Below are positions 36,227-44,328 of a stretch of 49,213 nucleotides of DNA, piece by piece. The stretch's first letter is position 1. The number at the start of each line of letters is the position of its first letter. This DNA is from Candidatus Woesearchaeota archaeon. Its GTDB lineage: Archaea > Nanobdellota > Nanobdellia > SCGC-AAA011-G17 > GW2011-AR20. A program made the translations under genes and the position numbers. The notes under the pieces are model-generated. The model saw only the letters and a list, made by a program, of their open reading frames with translations. It made no database searches and was not told where the DNA came from. The DNA lies in NCBI GenBank assembly GCA_964359725.1, contig CAYHTT010000002.1:1-49213 (forward strand), read 5' to 3'.

Positions 36227-37177
36227 ATGGCCCTTTATGACTTTCTTGTATTAATAATTTCTTTAGCAGTTTTAGTTATTGGAGCTGAGTTGCTTGTAAA
36301 AGGAGCTTCTAAATTAGCTAAACATTTTGGGATTTCAGATTTTGTTATTGGATTAACTTTAATAGCTATAGGAACTTCTTTACCAGAATTAGCAACTTCA
36401 ATATCTGCTTCTATTGCAAAAGATTCCGGTTTAATAATTGGTAATATAGTTGGAAGCAATATAGCTAATATCGGCTTAATACTTGGGGTAGCAGTTTTAC
36501 TTTATACAATAAAGGCAAAAGATAAAGCTTTTATTCGAGATAGTTGGTTTTTATTTTGGGTAAGTATTTTATTTATAATATTTATATTTAACAAAGTAAT
36601 ATCATTTACAGAAGGTTTAATTTTCTTATTAATATTTTTCTTTTATTTATTACATTTGTTTAAATCAAAAGAAGAAAAAATTATACCTTATCAAAAATTA
36701 GCTAAACATATACATCTACGAGGTGATTTTATTAAAAATATTAGCTTTACTTTATTTGGCATAATTGGATTGTATTTTGGAGCTAAATTCTTAATTCCAG
36801 CTGCCGAGAATCTTGCTCGTGCTGTTGGTGTGGGTACTGAGATAGTTGGTCTAACTTTAATAGCTGTAGGAACATCATTACCCGAGTTATTCGTTACAAT
36901 ATCAGCTGCAAGAAGACATTTAGAGGGAATTTTTATTGGTAATTTAATTGGAAGTAATATAGCTAATATACTATTAATTTTAGGAATTTCAAGTTTAATT
37001 AATCCGATTCAAATTAGCAATTCAATATTATATTTATTTGTTCCAATTATGATGATACTTACAATATTATTATTAAAATTTATAAAAAATAATTTTGCAT
37101 ATAGAATATTACAAGGGTTTGCTTTATTATTCTTCTATGCAATATTTATTTTGATATTATTTTTAATAAGATTTTAA
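36227..37177 (+). CDS. Na+/Ca2+ exchanger-family (CaCA, YrbG-like) antiporter
   Basis: Two alpha-repeats, GTSLPELATS and GTSLPELFVT, each followed by GNI/LxGSNIANI. Confidence 0.85.
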   Translation: MALYDFLVLIISLAVLVIGAELLVKGASKLAKHFGISDFVIGLTLIAIGTSLPELATSISASIAKDSGLIIGNIVGSNIANIGLILGVAVLLYTIKAKDKAFIRDSWFLFWVSILFIIFIFNKVISFTEGLIFLLIFFFYLLHLFKSKEEKIIPYQKLAKHIHLRGDFIKNISFTLFGIIGLYFGAKFLIPAAENLARAVGVGTEIVGLTLIAVGTSLPELFVTISAARRHLEGIFIGNLIGSNIANILLILGISSLINPIQISNSILYLFVPIMMILTILLLKFIKNNFAYRILQGFALLFFYAIFILILFLIRF

Positions 37178-37180
37178 TTT

Positions 37181-39718
37181 TTAATCATGTTGTTTAGTTA
37201 CTTTTCTTATTAATGGATTAGCAATTAATCCTATTAATAGAACTCCTAAAGTTGCTATAATAATTAAAATCCAATCTTGTAAATTTAATGGAACTGTTTT
37301 AAATATGCTGCCTCCGAAATAAACTACAATTATTTGCAATATTAATGAGGTTAAAATAGCTAATATTAACCATTTATTTGAAAATATTTTTAATTTATAT
37401 TGTGAACGTACCATTTGTACACGAACCATTTCTAGCATAACAACTAAAGTAAATACAATAGTTTGAGCTTTCGATATATTTGGTAAGTTTAATTTAAATA
37501 ATATTAATCCTGCTACTGAAATTAATATCCCCATAACTAAAACATTTAACATCATATTTTTTGAAATTATTCTTTCTTTTGGATTTCTAGGAGATTTTTT
37601 CATCACATCTGGATTCATTGGGTCTATGCCAAGAGCTAAAGCAGGTAAACCATCTGTAACCAAGTTAATCCATAAAATTTGTAAAGCAGTTAATGGTAAA
37701 ACTAAATTATTATCAACCTTAAACATTAATAACATAGCTAAAAATATTAACAAAACTTCACCAAAATTGCTTGAAAGTAAGTAATTAACAAATTTTTTAA
37801 TATTATCATAAATTGCACGACCTTCTTCAACTGCCAAAACAATAGAATTAAAATGATCATCTAATAATATCATATCAGAAGCTTCTTTAGCAACATCTGT
37901 TCCAGAATTAACTGCTATCCCAATATCAGCTTTCTTTAATGCAGGAGCATCATTTACACCATCTCCAGTCATTGCCACTATATTATTATGTTTTTTTAAC
38001 GCATCTAATATCCTAACTTTATGTTCAGGATTAACTCTAGCATAAATATCAGTATGTAGAGCAACTTGTGCTAATTTCTCATCTGTCATTTCCTCTAATT
38101 CTTTACCTGTAAGAGTTCTATCTCTTAATCCAATTTGTCTTGCTATTGCTTGTGCTGTTAACTTATGATCTCCTGTAATCATAACAACTTTTATTCCTGC
38201 ATCTTTACATCTTTTAATAGCATCCTTAACTTCTTCTCTTGGAGGATCAATCATTCCCACTAATCCAAGAAATATCATATCTTTTGATTTACCTTCTGTA
38301 TGATAAGCACAGCCTAAGACACGTAATGCTTGATTAGCAAATTTCTCAGCTAGCTCTATAATTTTTTGTTTTTGCATTAAAGTAAATTTAGAAATTCTAC
38401 CTTTGTAATTATAATAATTACATAATTCATAAATTCTTTCAGGAGCGAATTTAGCAAATGTAACTTTTTTATTGTCTATTTTATGAAAAGTTATCATATA
38501 TTTACGTTCAGAGGTAAATGGAATTTCATCTATTCTAGGATATCTTGGAGTAGAATTTGCACCAGACATTTCTAATAAAGCAATTTCGGTCGGGTCTCCA
38601 ATATCTGGCAGATGAGCATCATTACAATTTACTAATATTTTTAACATTAATTCTTTATTTTTGCTGTCTTGTTCTGGAGAAATTATATTGCCGTCTAAAT
38701 ATAGCTTAGTTACCTTCATTTTATTCTGTGTAATAGTTCCAGTTTTATCAGCTGCTATAACAGTAGTTGAGCCAAGAGTTTCAACAGAAGCTAATTTTCT
38801 TATAAGAACATTTTTTTTAATCATCTTTTGAACACCAATAGCTAAGCTAATTGTTACAACTGCTGGTAATCCTTCTGGAACTGCAGCAACAGCTAAACTA
38901 ATAGCTATTAACAACATTGTAACAATATCTTGACCTTCTAATACACCAGAAAATAATATTATTAATGCAATTATTATAACTCCTATGCCAAGGGTTAAAC
39001 CAAGAGTTTTTAATTTATTTTGCAATGGAGTAACTTTGCTTTTCTCTTCTTGTATTAATGTTGCAATTTTACCAACTTCTGTATTCATGCCAGTATTAAC
39101 AACAATTGCTTTCGCGCGTCCATTAACTAAAGTGGTACTTGAAAATAATATATTAATTTGCTCTGCTAATTCAGCTTTTTGTTTTAATACTGTAACAAAT
39201 TTTTTTACTAATGTTGATTCACCCGTAAGTATGCTTTCATTAACCTCAACATCTTTTGCTTCAAATAAGTAAGAATCAGCTGGTATTTTCATTCCCGAAT
39301 CGATTAATATAATATCCCCTAGAACTAATTCTTTACTAGAAATTAATCTAACTTTATTATTTCTAAGAACTTTAACATTACTTGTTTCTAGTTTTTTTAA
39401 AGCTTCTAAAGATTTCTCAGCTTGATATTCTTGAATAAATCCCAGAATTATATTTAATATTATTATTGCACCAATTACACTAGCATCTAAAAATTCCTTA
39501 ACTATTAATGAGATTACAACTGCAACAATTAAAATATAAACTATAAAACTATTAAGTTGCGAGAATAATATTTTTAATACTTTATTTTCTTTCTTTTCTT
39601 TAAGTTCATTTAAGCCATATTTTTCTAATCTTGAAGAAGCTTCTTTTTCTGTTAATCCTGATTCATTAGAAGATAGTTGTTTAAAAACAGCCTCTTTTTC
39701 TAACTTGTAAAATTCCAT
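37181..39718 (-). CDS. P-type cation-transporting ATPase (P2, Ca2+-ATPase-like)
   Basis: Motifs TGES, PEGLP, DKTGTIT, MITGDHKLTA and TGDGVNDAPALKKADIG. Confidence 0.92.
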   Translation of the reverse strand: MEFYKLEKEAVFKQLSSNESGLTEKEASSRLEKYGLNELKEKKENKVLKILFSQLNSFIVYILIVAVVISLIVKEFLDASVIGAIIILNIILGFIQEYQAEKSLEALKKLETSNVKVLRNNKVRLISSKELVLGDIILIDSGMKIPADSYLFEAKDVEVNESILTGESTLVKKFVTVLKQKAELAEQINILFSSTTLVNGRAKAIVVNTGMNTEVGKIATLIQEEKSKVTPLQNKLKTLGLTLGIGVIIIALIILFSGVLEGQDIVTMLLIAISLAVAAVPEGLPAVVTISLAIGVQKMIKKNVLIRKLASVETLGSTTVIAADKTGTITQNKMKVTKLYLDGNIISPEQDSKNKELMLKILVNCNDAHLPDIGDPTEIALLEMSGANSTPRYPRIDEIPFTSERKYMITFHKIDNKKVTFAKFAPERIYELCNYYNYKGRISKFTLMQKQKIIELAEKFANQALRVLGCAYHTEGKSKDMIFLGLVGMIDPPREEVKDAIKRCKDAGIKVVMITGDHKLTAQAIARQIGLRDRTLTGKELEEMTDEKLAQVALHTDIYARVNPEHKVRILDALKKHNNIVAMTGDGVNDAPALKKADIGIAVNSGTDVAKEASDMILLDDHFNSIVLAVEEGRAIYDNIKKFVNYLLSSNFGEVLLIFLAMLLMFKVDNNLVLPLTALQILWINLVTDGLPALALGIDPMNPDVMKKSPRNPKERIISKNMMLNVLVMGILISVAGLILFKLNLPNISKAQTIVFTLVVMLEMVRVQMVRSQYKLKIFSNKWLILAILTSLILQIIVVYFGGSIFKTVPLNLQDWILIIIATLGVLLIGLIANPLIRKVTKQHD

Positions 39719-39767
39719 TAAAAAATAATAATTATCATAGCTATATTAAGATTTTGATTTAGTAAAG

Positions 39768-39777
39768 TTTAAATATT
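39768..39777 (+). promoter_or_regulatory. TATA-like box (TTTAAATATT) for the tRNA-Ile/tRNA-Glu pair
   Basis: Lies 23-32 nt upstream of the tRNA-Ile 5' end. Confidence 0.35.
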
Positions 39778-39799
39778 AACTTCATAGAATTTTTTCTAA

Positions 39800-39916
39800 G
39801 GGCCTGTAGCTCAGCCTGGTTAGAGCACATGTCTTATATGACATTACTAGGCACAATTTTTGAGCTAAGAAAGCTAAGAGAGCATGTGGTCGGCGGTTCA
39901 AATCCGCTCAGGCCCA
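39800..39916 (+). tRNA. tRNA-Ile (anticodon TAT, 39835-39837) with a 42-nt canonical 37/38 intron (39839-39880)
   Basis: Acceptor GGGCCTG/CAGGCCC, D arm GCTC/GAGC, anticodon stem CATGT/GCATG, loop CTTATA|intron|A. The BHB has a CTTA/TAAG central helix with bulges TAT and AGA. T arm GGCGG-TTCAAAT-CCGCT. Confidence 0.85.
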
Positions 39917-39919
39917 CTC

Positions 39920-40024
39920 GCTCCTGTAGTCTAGTGGCCAAGGATTCGGATAGGTTTCCTGAAAAAGAAAATTTAGAATAACCCTTTCGAGGCCGAGACC
40001 CGGGTTCAAATCCCGGCAGGAGCA
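39920..40024 (+). tRNA. tRNA-Glu (anticodon TTC, 39986-39988) with a 32-nt non-canonical intron between positions 29 and 30 (39950-39981)
   Basis: Acceptor GCTCCTG/CAGGAGC. The anticodon stem CGG|intron|CC pairs with GGCCG, and the loop is CTTTCGA. The BHB has an ATTC(24-27)/GAAT central helix, bulges GGA and AAC, and an outer helix AAGG/CCTT. T arm CCGGG-TTCAAAT-CCCGG. Confidence 0.8.
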
Positions 40025-40039
40025 TATTATTTAATTATA

Positions 40040-40603
40040 ATGGAAGATAATAATATTGATATAGAAATAGAGAATTTTGATGAAAATAAAGAGGTCGAAG
40101 AAAAACCCAAAATATTTAAGAAAATATTTCTTATTATAATTGGGGTTTTTCTAATAATTTTAATAGTAACTTATTTATTAACTAATCCTATAATAAGAAG
40201 CATTTTTGTCGGATTAGTCGAAAGCTCAAAAATAAAAGATAATATAGTTGGTATAGATTTCAAAAATAAACTTATTTTTCAAAACAATACTTATGATGGA
40301 TTATTAAATATCTATGATAATAACCCTGGATTAGAGTTTAAAGTTTGTTTAAATGGCTATATAGAAAATGGTAATTATTTAATCAATGAAGTTTATATTC
40401 CAGAGACATATCTACAAACCCATAATAAAGTTATAGCTGAACCTTGTCCTAATGATAGTTTAGTAGATATGCACAGTCATCCATTAAAACATTGCTTACC
40501 AAGTGAACAAGATTTTAAAAGTTTTAAATCATTTAAAGAAAGAAATGATAATGCAATAATGGCTGTGATGTGTGAACGTGGAAGATTTAATTTTTATAGT
40601 TAG
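40040..40603 (+). CDS. membrane-anchored JAB/MPN+ (JAMM) metalloprotease-domain protein
   Basis: An acidic N-terminus and one TM are followed by a JAMM motif H-x-H-x7-S-x2-D (DMHSHPLKHCLPSEQD). Confidence 0.6.
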   Translation: MEDNNIDIEIENFDENKEVEEKPKIFKKIFLIIIGVFLIILIVTYLLTNPIIRSIFVGLVESSKIKDNIVGIDFKNKLIFQNNTYDGLLNIYDNNPGLEFKVCLNGYIENGNYLINEVYIPETYLQTHNKVIAEPCPNDSLVDMHSHPLKHCLPSEQDFKSFKSFKERNDNAIMAVMCERGRFNFYS

Positions 40604-40651
40604 ATAAGTTTATAAATTTTTTAAAATTACTAAAAATTAGGGTATTTTATA

Positions 40652-41332
40652 ATGATAATAAAAAACTTAATGGCAATAGCTGCACACCCAGACGATATAG
40701 AATTCGGTTGTTGTATTACCGTACATAATCTAATAGAAAAAGGTTATCAAGCTATATACATAATAGTGAGTAATGGTGAAAGTGGCTTTAAAATTGAGCA
40801 CAAACCAAGAAAAGAAAGAATAAAAATTAGAGAAAAAGAACAAATTGAAGCTGCTAAGGTTATAGGTGTTAAAAAAGTAATTTTCCTTAATGAAAAAGAT
40901 GGTTTTTTGCAAAATAATAAAAAGTTAAGAGCGAAATTAGTTAAATTAATAAAAACTTATAAACCAGAAATTGTTTTTAGTTTTGATCCTGCTAATCGTG
41001 ATTTTATAAATTTAAATTTAAGTCATATAGATCATAGAAATTTAGCAGAAACTGTATTTGATGCTGTATTTGCAGCTAAAAATAAATATTTATTTCCTGG
41101 AAAACCACATAAGGTTGATAAAATTTACTTCTTTGGATCAAATAAACCAAATTATTTTGAGGATATAACTAAAAAAATTAATTTAAAATTAAAAGCGTTA
41201 GAAAAACATAAAAGTCAATTTACTGATTTTAAAAAAGTTGAAGAATTTTTAAGAAAATTTCTCAGTAAGAATTCTAAAAAATATAAATACTCGGAGGCTT
41301 TTAGAATAGTTAATGTTGTGCAAATTACATAA
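40652..41332 (+). CDS. PIG-L / LmbE-family N-acetylglucosaminyl deacetylase
   Basis: The N-terminal AHPDDIEFG motif plus downstream HIDH. Confidence 0.82.
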   Translation: MIIKNLMAIAAHPDDIEFGCCITVHNLIEKGYQAIYIIVSNGESGFKIEHKPRKERIKIREKEQIEAAKVIGVKKVIFLNEKDGFLQNNKKLRAKLVKLIKTYKPEIVFSFDPANRDFINLNLSHIDHRNLAETVFDAVFAAKNKYLFPGKPHKVDKIYFFGSNKPNYFEDITKKINLKLKALEKHKSQFTDFKKVEEFLRKFLSKNSKKYKYSEAFRIVNVVQIT

Positions 41333-41363
41333 ATTTAATTAATTTTTATAAATAAGAAATAAC

Positions 41364-42746
41364 TTATGTAGTAACTCCAAATAAATTCTTAAACCATTCA
41401 ATTATTTTTTCTATTAAATTAACACTTACACATGTTCCAGAAACACAAAGATTACTTCTACATTCAAAGTTATTTTCACAATTTTGATCTCCAGTCTTTT
41501 GGGAATTAAACTCTCCAGTTATAGAACAATATTTACTTTTACTAATATAGCCAACTGAAACACATTTATCCTCTAAAATACATCCATCACATAAAATCTG
41601 TCTTTCACCTTCACCAGCTCCTTCGCTTATTCCCCCTGAAGGAACTTCAACTGTAGTTGGTAAAGCACCTTCACCAATTGATGTTTCGCCACCACCACTT
41701 CCCCCATCTCCTCCACCTCCTCCAGCGCCACCTCCGCCTCCTCCGCCTCCAGATCCTCCACCACCTCCTCCGCCAGATACACTTGAAACATTACTCGTGG
41801 ATGGGGTAGTTGTTGTTGGAGTTGAGGTTGTTTGATTAGTTTGAGAAGGTTGTGATACACATGCTCCACTACTACAAATCTTGCCAGAAAGACAACCAGT
41901 CCATTGACCATTTGAACAATATTGTTGGTTATTGCTTGGATTACATGATGGAGCAGTACATTGAGTATAAATCCATACACCATCTTGACAATAACCATTC
42001 GAAGGAAGATAACCACCTTTACCAATTTTCATTGCTATTAAGTACGACGGACTTCCAGTGTAAGTGCCTTCACAGTAATAGTCTATTGCATATAATTTTC
42101 CATTGTTATAAATATCTTCACAATAATCTGTTGCTGTTTCAGTTCTTCCATCAGAGTATGTTAAAGTTACAGTTCCCTTAACATTTATATTTCCATTACC
42201 ATCAGGATCATCACATGTTGGTATACTTGATATACACGCTCCATTACTACAAGTTTGGCCAGAAGGACAACTCGTTACAGAATTCCATTCTAAACAAGAA
42301 TCAGAATCATAATTACCGCAAGTTTGATAACCGCTACCAGAACATTGCTTAGCTCCATTACTTGGGCATTCATCTGTACATGTTGGCGTAATAGGAATAC
42401 AAGCTCCATTACTACAAGTTTCAGATGAAGAACAAGAAGTTACAGAATTCCATTCTAAACAAGAATCAGAATCATAATTACCACAAGTTTGATAACCATT
42501 CCCAGAACATTGTTTATCCCCACTATTAGAACATTCATTAGTACAAGACGGTGTTTCATTAGCAACTTGTTTACCAGTAATTTTCCCGCCAAAAATCTCA
42601 ATAAATTTATTTAATAAATCTTTTAATGTTAATATTTTCTTATCTTGGGCATCAACATAAGTTACAGAAAGTATAAATAAAAATAAAACAAAAAGGGTAA
42701 AAATAATTCCCGTAAGTCTTCTTTTTTGCTGTTTGTCTTTATGCAT
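41364..42746 (-). CDS. secreted Cys-rich repeat protein with poly-Gly linker
   Basis: N-terminal signal/anchor (IIFTLFVLFLFILSVTYVDA), two 55-aa Cys-rich modules, more Cys motifs (SCSxGxC), a Thr/Ser/Pro linker, a ~30-aa Gly run and a C-terminal Cys module. Confidence 0.7.
   Translation of the reverse strand: MHKDKQQKRRLTGIIFTLFVLFLFILSVTYVDAQDKKILTLKDLLNKFIEIFGGKITGKQVANETPSCTNECSNSGDKQCSGNGYQTCGNYDSDSCLEWNSVTSCSSSETCSNGACIPITPTCTDECPSNGAKQCSGSGYQTCGNYDSDSCLEWNSVTSCPSGQTCSNGACISSIPTCDDPDGNGNINVKGTVTLTYSDGRTETATDYCEDIYNNGKLYAIDYYCEGTYTGSPSYLIAMKIGKGGYLPSNGYCQDGVWIYTQCTAPSCNPSNNQQYCSNGQWTGCLSGKICSSGACVSQPSQTNQTTSTPTTTTPSTSNVSSVSGGGGGGGSGGGGGGGGAGGGGGDGGSGGGETSIGEGALPTTVEVPSGGISEGAGEGERQILCDGCILEDKCVSVGYISKSKYCSITGEFNSQKTGDQNCENNFECRSNLCVSGTCVSVNLIEKIIEWFKNLFGVTT
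42222..42551. repeat. tandem 165-bp duplication inside the Cys-rich gene (aa 66-120 and aa 121-175)
   Basis: The two copies share an identical 44-nt core GTTACAGAATTCCATTCTAAACAAGAATCAGAATCATAATTACC, followed by one mismatch and then CAAGTTTGATAACC. The flanks are more diverged. Confidence 0.85.
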
Positions 42747-42851
42747 TTAAAATCTTAAAATGCTATAATTTGTTAGAATATAAATTTAACTATTTTATTA
42801 GTTATCTAAAATTTTAATTAATTTTATAAACCTTCTTAAATTAATATTAGT

Positions 42852-43445
42852 ATGAATTATTTATTCTTGGACATAGAAACTGTGCCTATTAAAATTAATA
42901 ATGAAGATGTTAAAGAATATTTAATGGATAAAAAGATTTCTAAAGAACGTAGAAGTATGGACCCGAATTATAGTAAAATAATTACAATTGGTTTAAAAAG
43001 TAATGATAAATTAGAATTATTTTATGGTGATAATGAAAAAGAGTTATTAGTAAAATTTTGGGATTTAGTTAATAAAGATGTAATTATAGTTACGCATAAT
43101 GGTTATGGCTTTGATATACCTTTTTTATTAATAAGGAGTATAGTAAATAATGTTTTGCCTAAAAATATTAATTTAAATCCTTGGCAAATGCTTAATTCAA
43201 ATCATTTTGATACTATGTTATTTTTTTCTCAACATAGTAATTTTACTAATCCAAGATTAGATATATTAGCTAAATTAAATAATATTAATACACCAGAAGA
43301 AAGAATTTTAGGTAATGAAGTTGAGAAATTTTATAAACAAGGTAATTGGGAAAAAATTAAAGAAAGATGTACTCAAGATATTGAATTATTAGAAAAAGTT
43401 TTTAATAAGTTATGTAAAAATTATATTGAAAATTATAAGAGATAA
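42852..43445 (+). CDS. DnaQ-fold 3'-5' exonuclease (PolB-exonuclease-like, stand-alone)
   Basis: Exo I LFLDIETVP, Exo II HNGYGFDIPFL, Exo III-like HFDTM...TQDIELLEKVF. Confidence 0.65.
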   Translation: MNYLFLDIETVPIKINNEDVKEYLMDKKISKERRSMDPNYSKIITIGLKSNDKLELFYGDNEKELLVKFWDLVNKDVIIVTHNGYGFDIPFLLIRSIVNNVLPKNINLNPWQMLNSNHFDTMLFFSQHSNFTNPRLDILAKLNNINTPEERILGNEVEKFYKQGNWEKIKERCTQDIELLEKVFNKLCKNYIENYKR

Positions 43446-43446
43446 A

Positions 43447-43725
43447 ATGGTACAAAGAAATAATCATGACGAATTATATGGTACTATTAAATATAAAAGA
43501 AGAACAATCCGATTTTTTATAGATAAAAATTATGAAATTCAGCTTGGTTATGTAAAAAAAAGAGTCCCTTATAAAGAGAGTTTAAGGGAAGTACTTATAC
43601 CTATTGAATTAAATGATAAAGAAAAAAAGGATCTTACTGGTTTAGTATTAAAGGAGTTACAAAAAAGTATGAAAATTAGTTCTATTGATCATCAACTTGA
43701 TTTTTATGTTAGTAAAGATAAATAA
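43447..43725 (+). CDS. hypothetical protein
   Basis: The ORF starts 1 nt after the exonuclease stop when the MVQRNNHDE start is used. No motif recognised. Confidence 0.45.
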   Translation: MVQRNNHDELYGTIKYKRRTIRFFIDKNYEIQLGYVKKRVPYKESLREVLIPIELNDKEKKDLTGLVLKELQKSMKISSIDHQLDFYVSKDK

Positions 43726-43737
43726 GGCGGACTTTAA

Positions 43738-44118
43738 TTAAGAAATAAAATGAAGGGCAAATAAATGTCCTCTAAATAGTATAGGAACTAAAGTCACATT
43801 AGTCTTAACTTTTTTCCCATCTCTTTTTTTCCATACAACCTCAATATTGCTTGCTATTAAATTACGCATTGCATTACCATAAGCTGTAACTAGACTTTTT
43901 TGACTATTTTTATCTACAAAGGTCTCTAAAATATCTTCTTTAGTATGAGCCCATTCTTTTGGGGAATTATAACCAAGTAAAGAAGCAAATTTTTTATTAC
44001 AAATTTTATGTATATCATCTAAATAAATGTATATTGCTTGTTTAGATTTATCCAATATTGGGGAAAATTGCTCTGCAACTCCTCTTATAAGCTCTTCATG
44101 ATGACTATGTTTTTCCAT
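43738..44118 (-). CDS. hypothetical protein, possibly a single PAS-like fold
   Basis: The 126-aa size and the alternating pattern (...QAIYIYLDD...NIEVVWKKRDGKKVKTNVTLVPILFRGHLFALHFI) resemble a PAS core. The call is weak. Confidence 0.4.
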   Translation of the reverse strand: MEKHSHHEELIRGVAEQFSPILDKSKQAIYIYLDDIHKICNKKFASLLGYNSPKEWAHTKEDILETFVDKNSQKSLVTAYGNAMRNLIASNIEVVWKKRDGKKVKTNVTLVPILFRGHLFALHFIS

Positions 44119-44180
44119 TTTCTAAATCTTTAAAATTATCATTCAATGAAAATGTAAAAATTTATAAAGTTATTTAAAAA

Positions 44181-44296
44181 GCGGACAGCTTTCCTAGCTT
44201 CCCGTGTAAAAACACAGTACAACTAGGAACGTAGACCTGCTTAACTTCCGAGTTCGAAATGGGATCGGGTGTTACCAGGTCACTATGGCCGTCCTA
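44181..44296 (-). rRNA. rrf: 5S ribosomal RNA (not linked to 16S/23S in this window)
   Basis: The reverse complement contains GGACGGCCATAGTG...ACACCCGATCCCATTTCGAACTCGGAAGTTAAGC...GTACTG...GGGAAGCT...GCTGTCC. The terminal helix GGACGGC/GCTGTCC pairs. The ends are approximate to a few nt. Confidence 0.88.
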
Positions 44297-44317
44297 AGGT
44301 TTATTAAAAAAATATAA

Positions 44318-44328
44318 TTTATAAATTT
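44318..44328 (-). promoter_or_regulatory. TATA box (TTTATAAATTT) for 5S rRNA, overlapping the pth2 stop codon
   Basis: It is centred about 27 nt upstream of the 5S 5' end. The pth2 stop occupies 44327-44329. Confidence 0.5.

Noticed and set aside
3636-38985. Other short ORFs nested in or antisense to larger genes: 3636-3845, 5640-5852, 7548-7736, 8989-9228, 10410-10760, 15671-15856, 17337-17528, 19383-19625, 20230-20412, 21863-22084, 23537-23752, 24364-24609, 28105-28368, 33698-33895, 36235-36459, 38985-39272, 40730-40912, 48075-48257
   Set aside because: Each is fully contained in a longer ORF that has clear family motifs. Their low-complexity Leu/Ile/Phe/Ser-rich translations are typical of antisense frames in AT-rich DNA.
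39834-40025. 63-aa minus-strand ORF from the track
   Set aside because: It lies entirely antisense within the tRNA-Ile and tRNA-Glu genes. The tRNA folds explain the sequence, so the ORF is spurious.
41627-42181. Alternative-frame ORFs (132 aa on the minus strand, 109 aa on the plus strand) inside the Cys-rich gene
   Set aside because: They are products of the repetitive, relatively GC-rich, stop-poor sequence. The 460-aa frame has a signal peptide and coherent Cys modules, and these frames do not.
42222-42551. Possibility that the two repeat copies in the Cys-rich gene are a DGR template/variable repeat pair
   Set aside because: The differences between copies are not confined to adenine positions. 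The copies are in-frame tandem protein modules, and no reverse transcriptase is present in the window.
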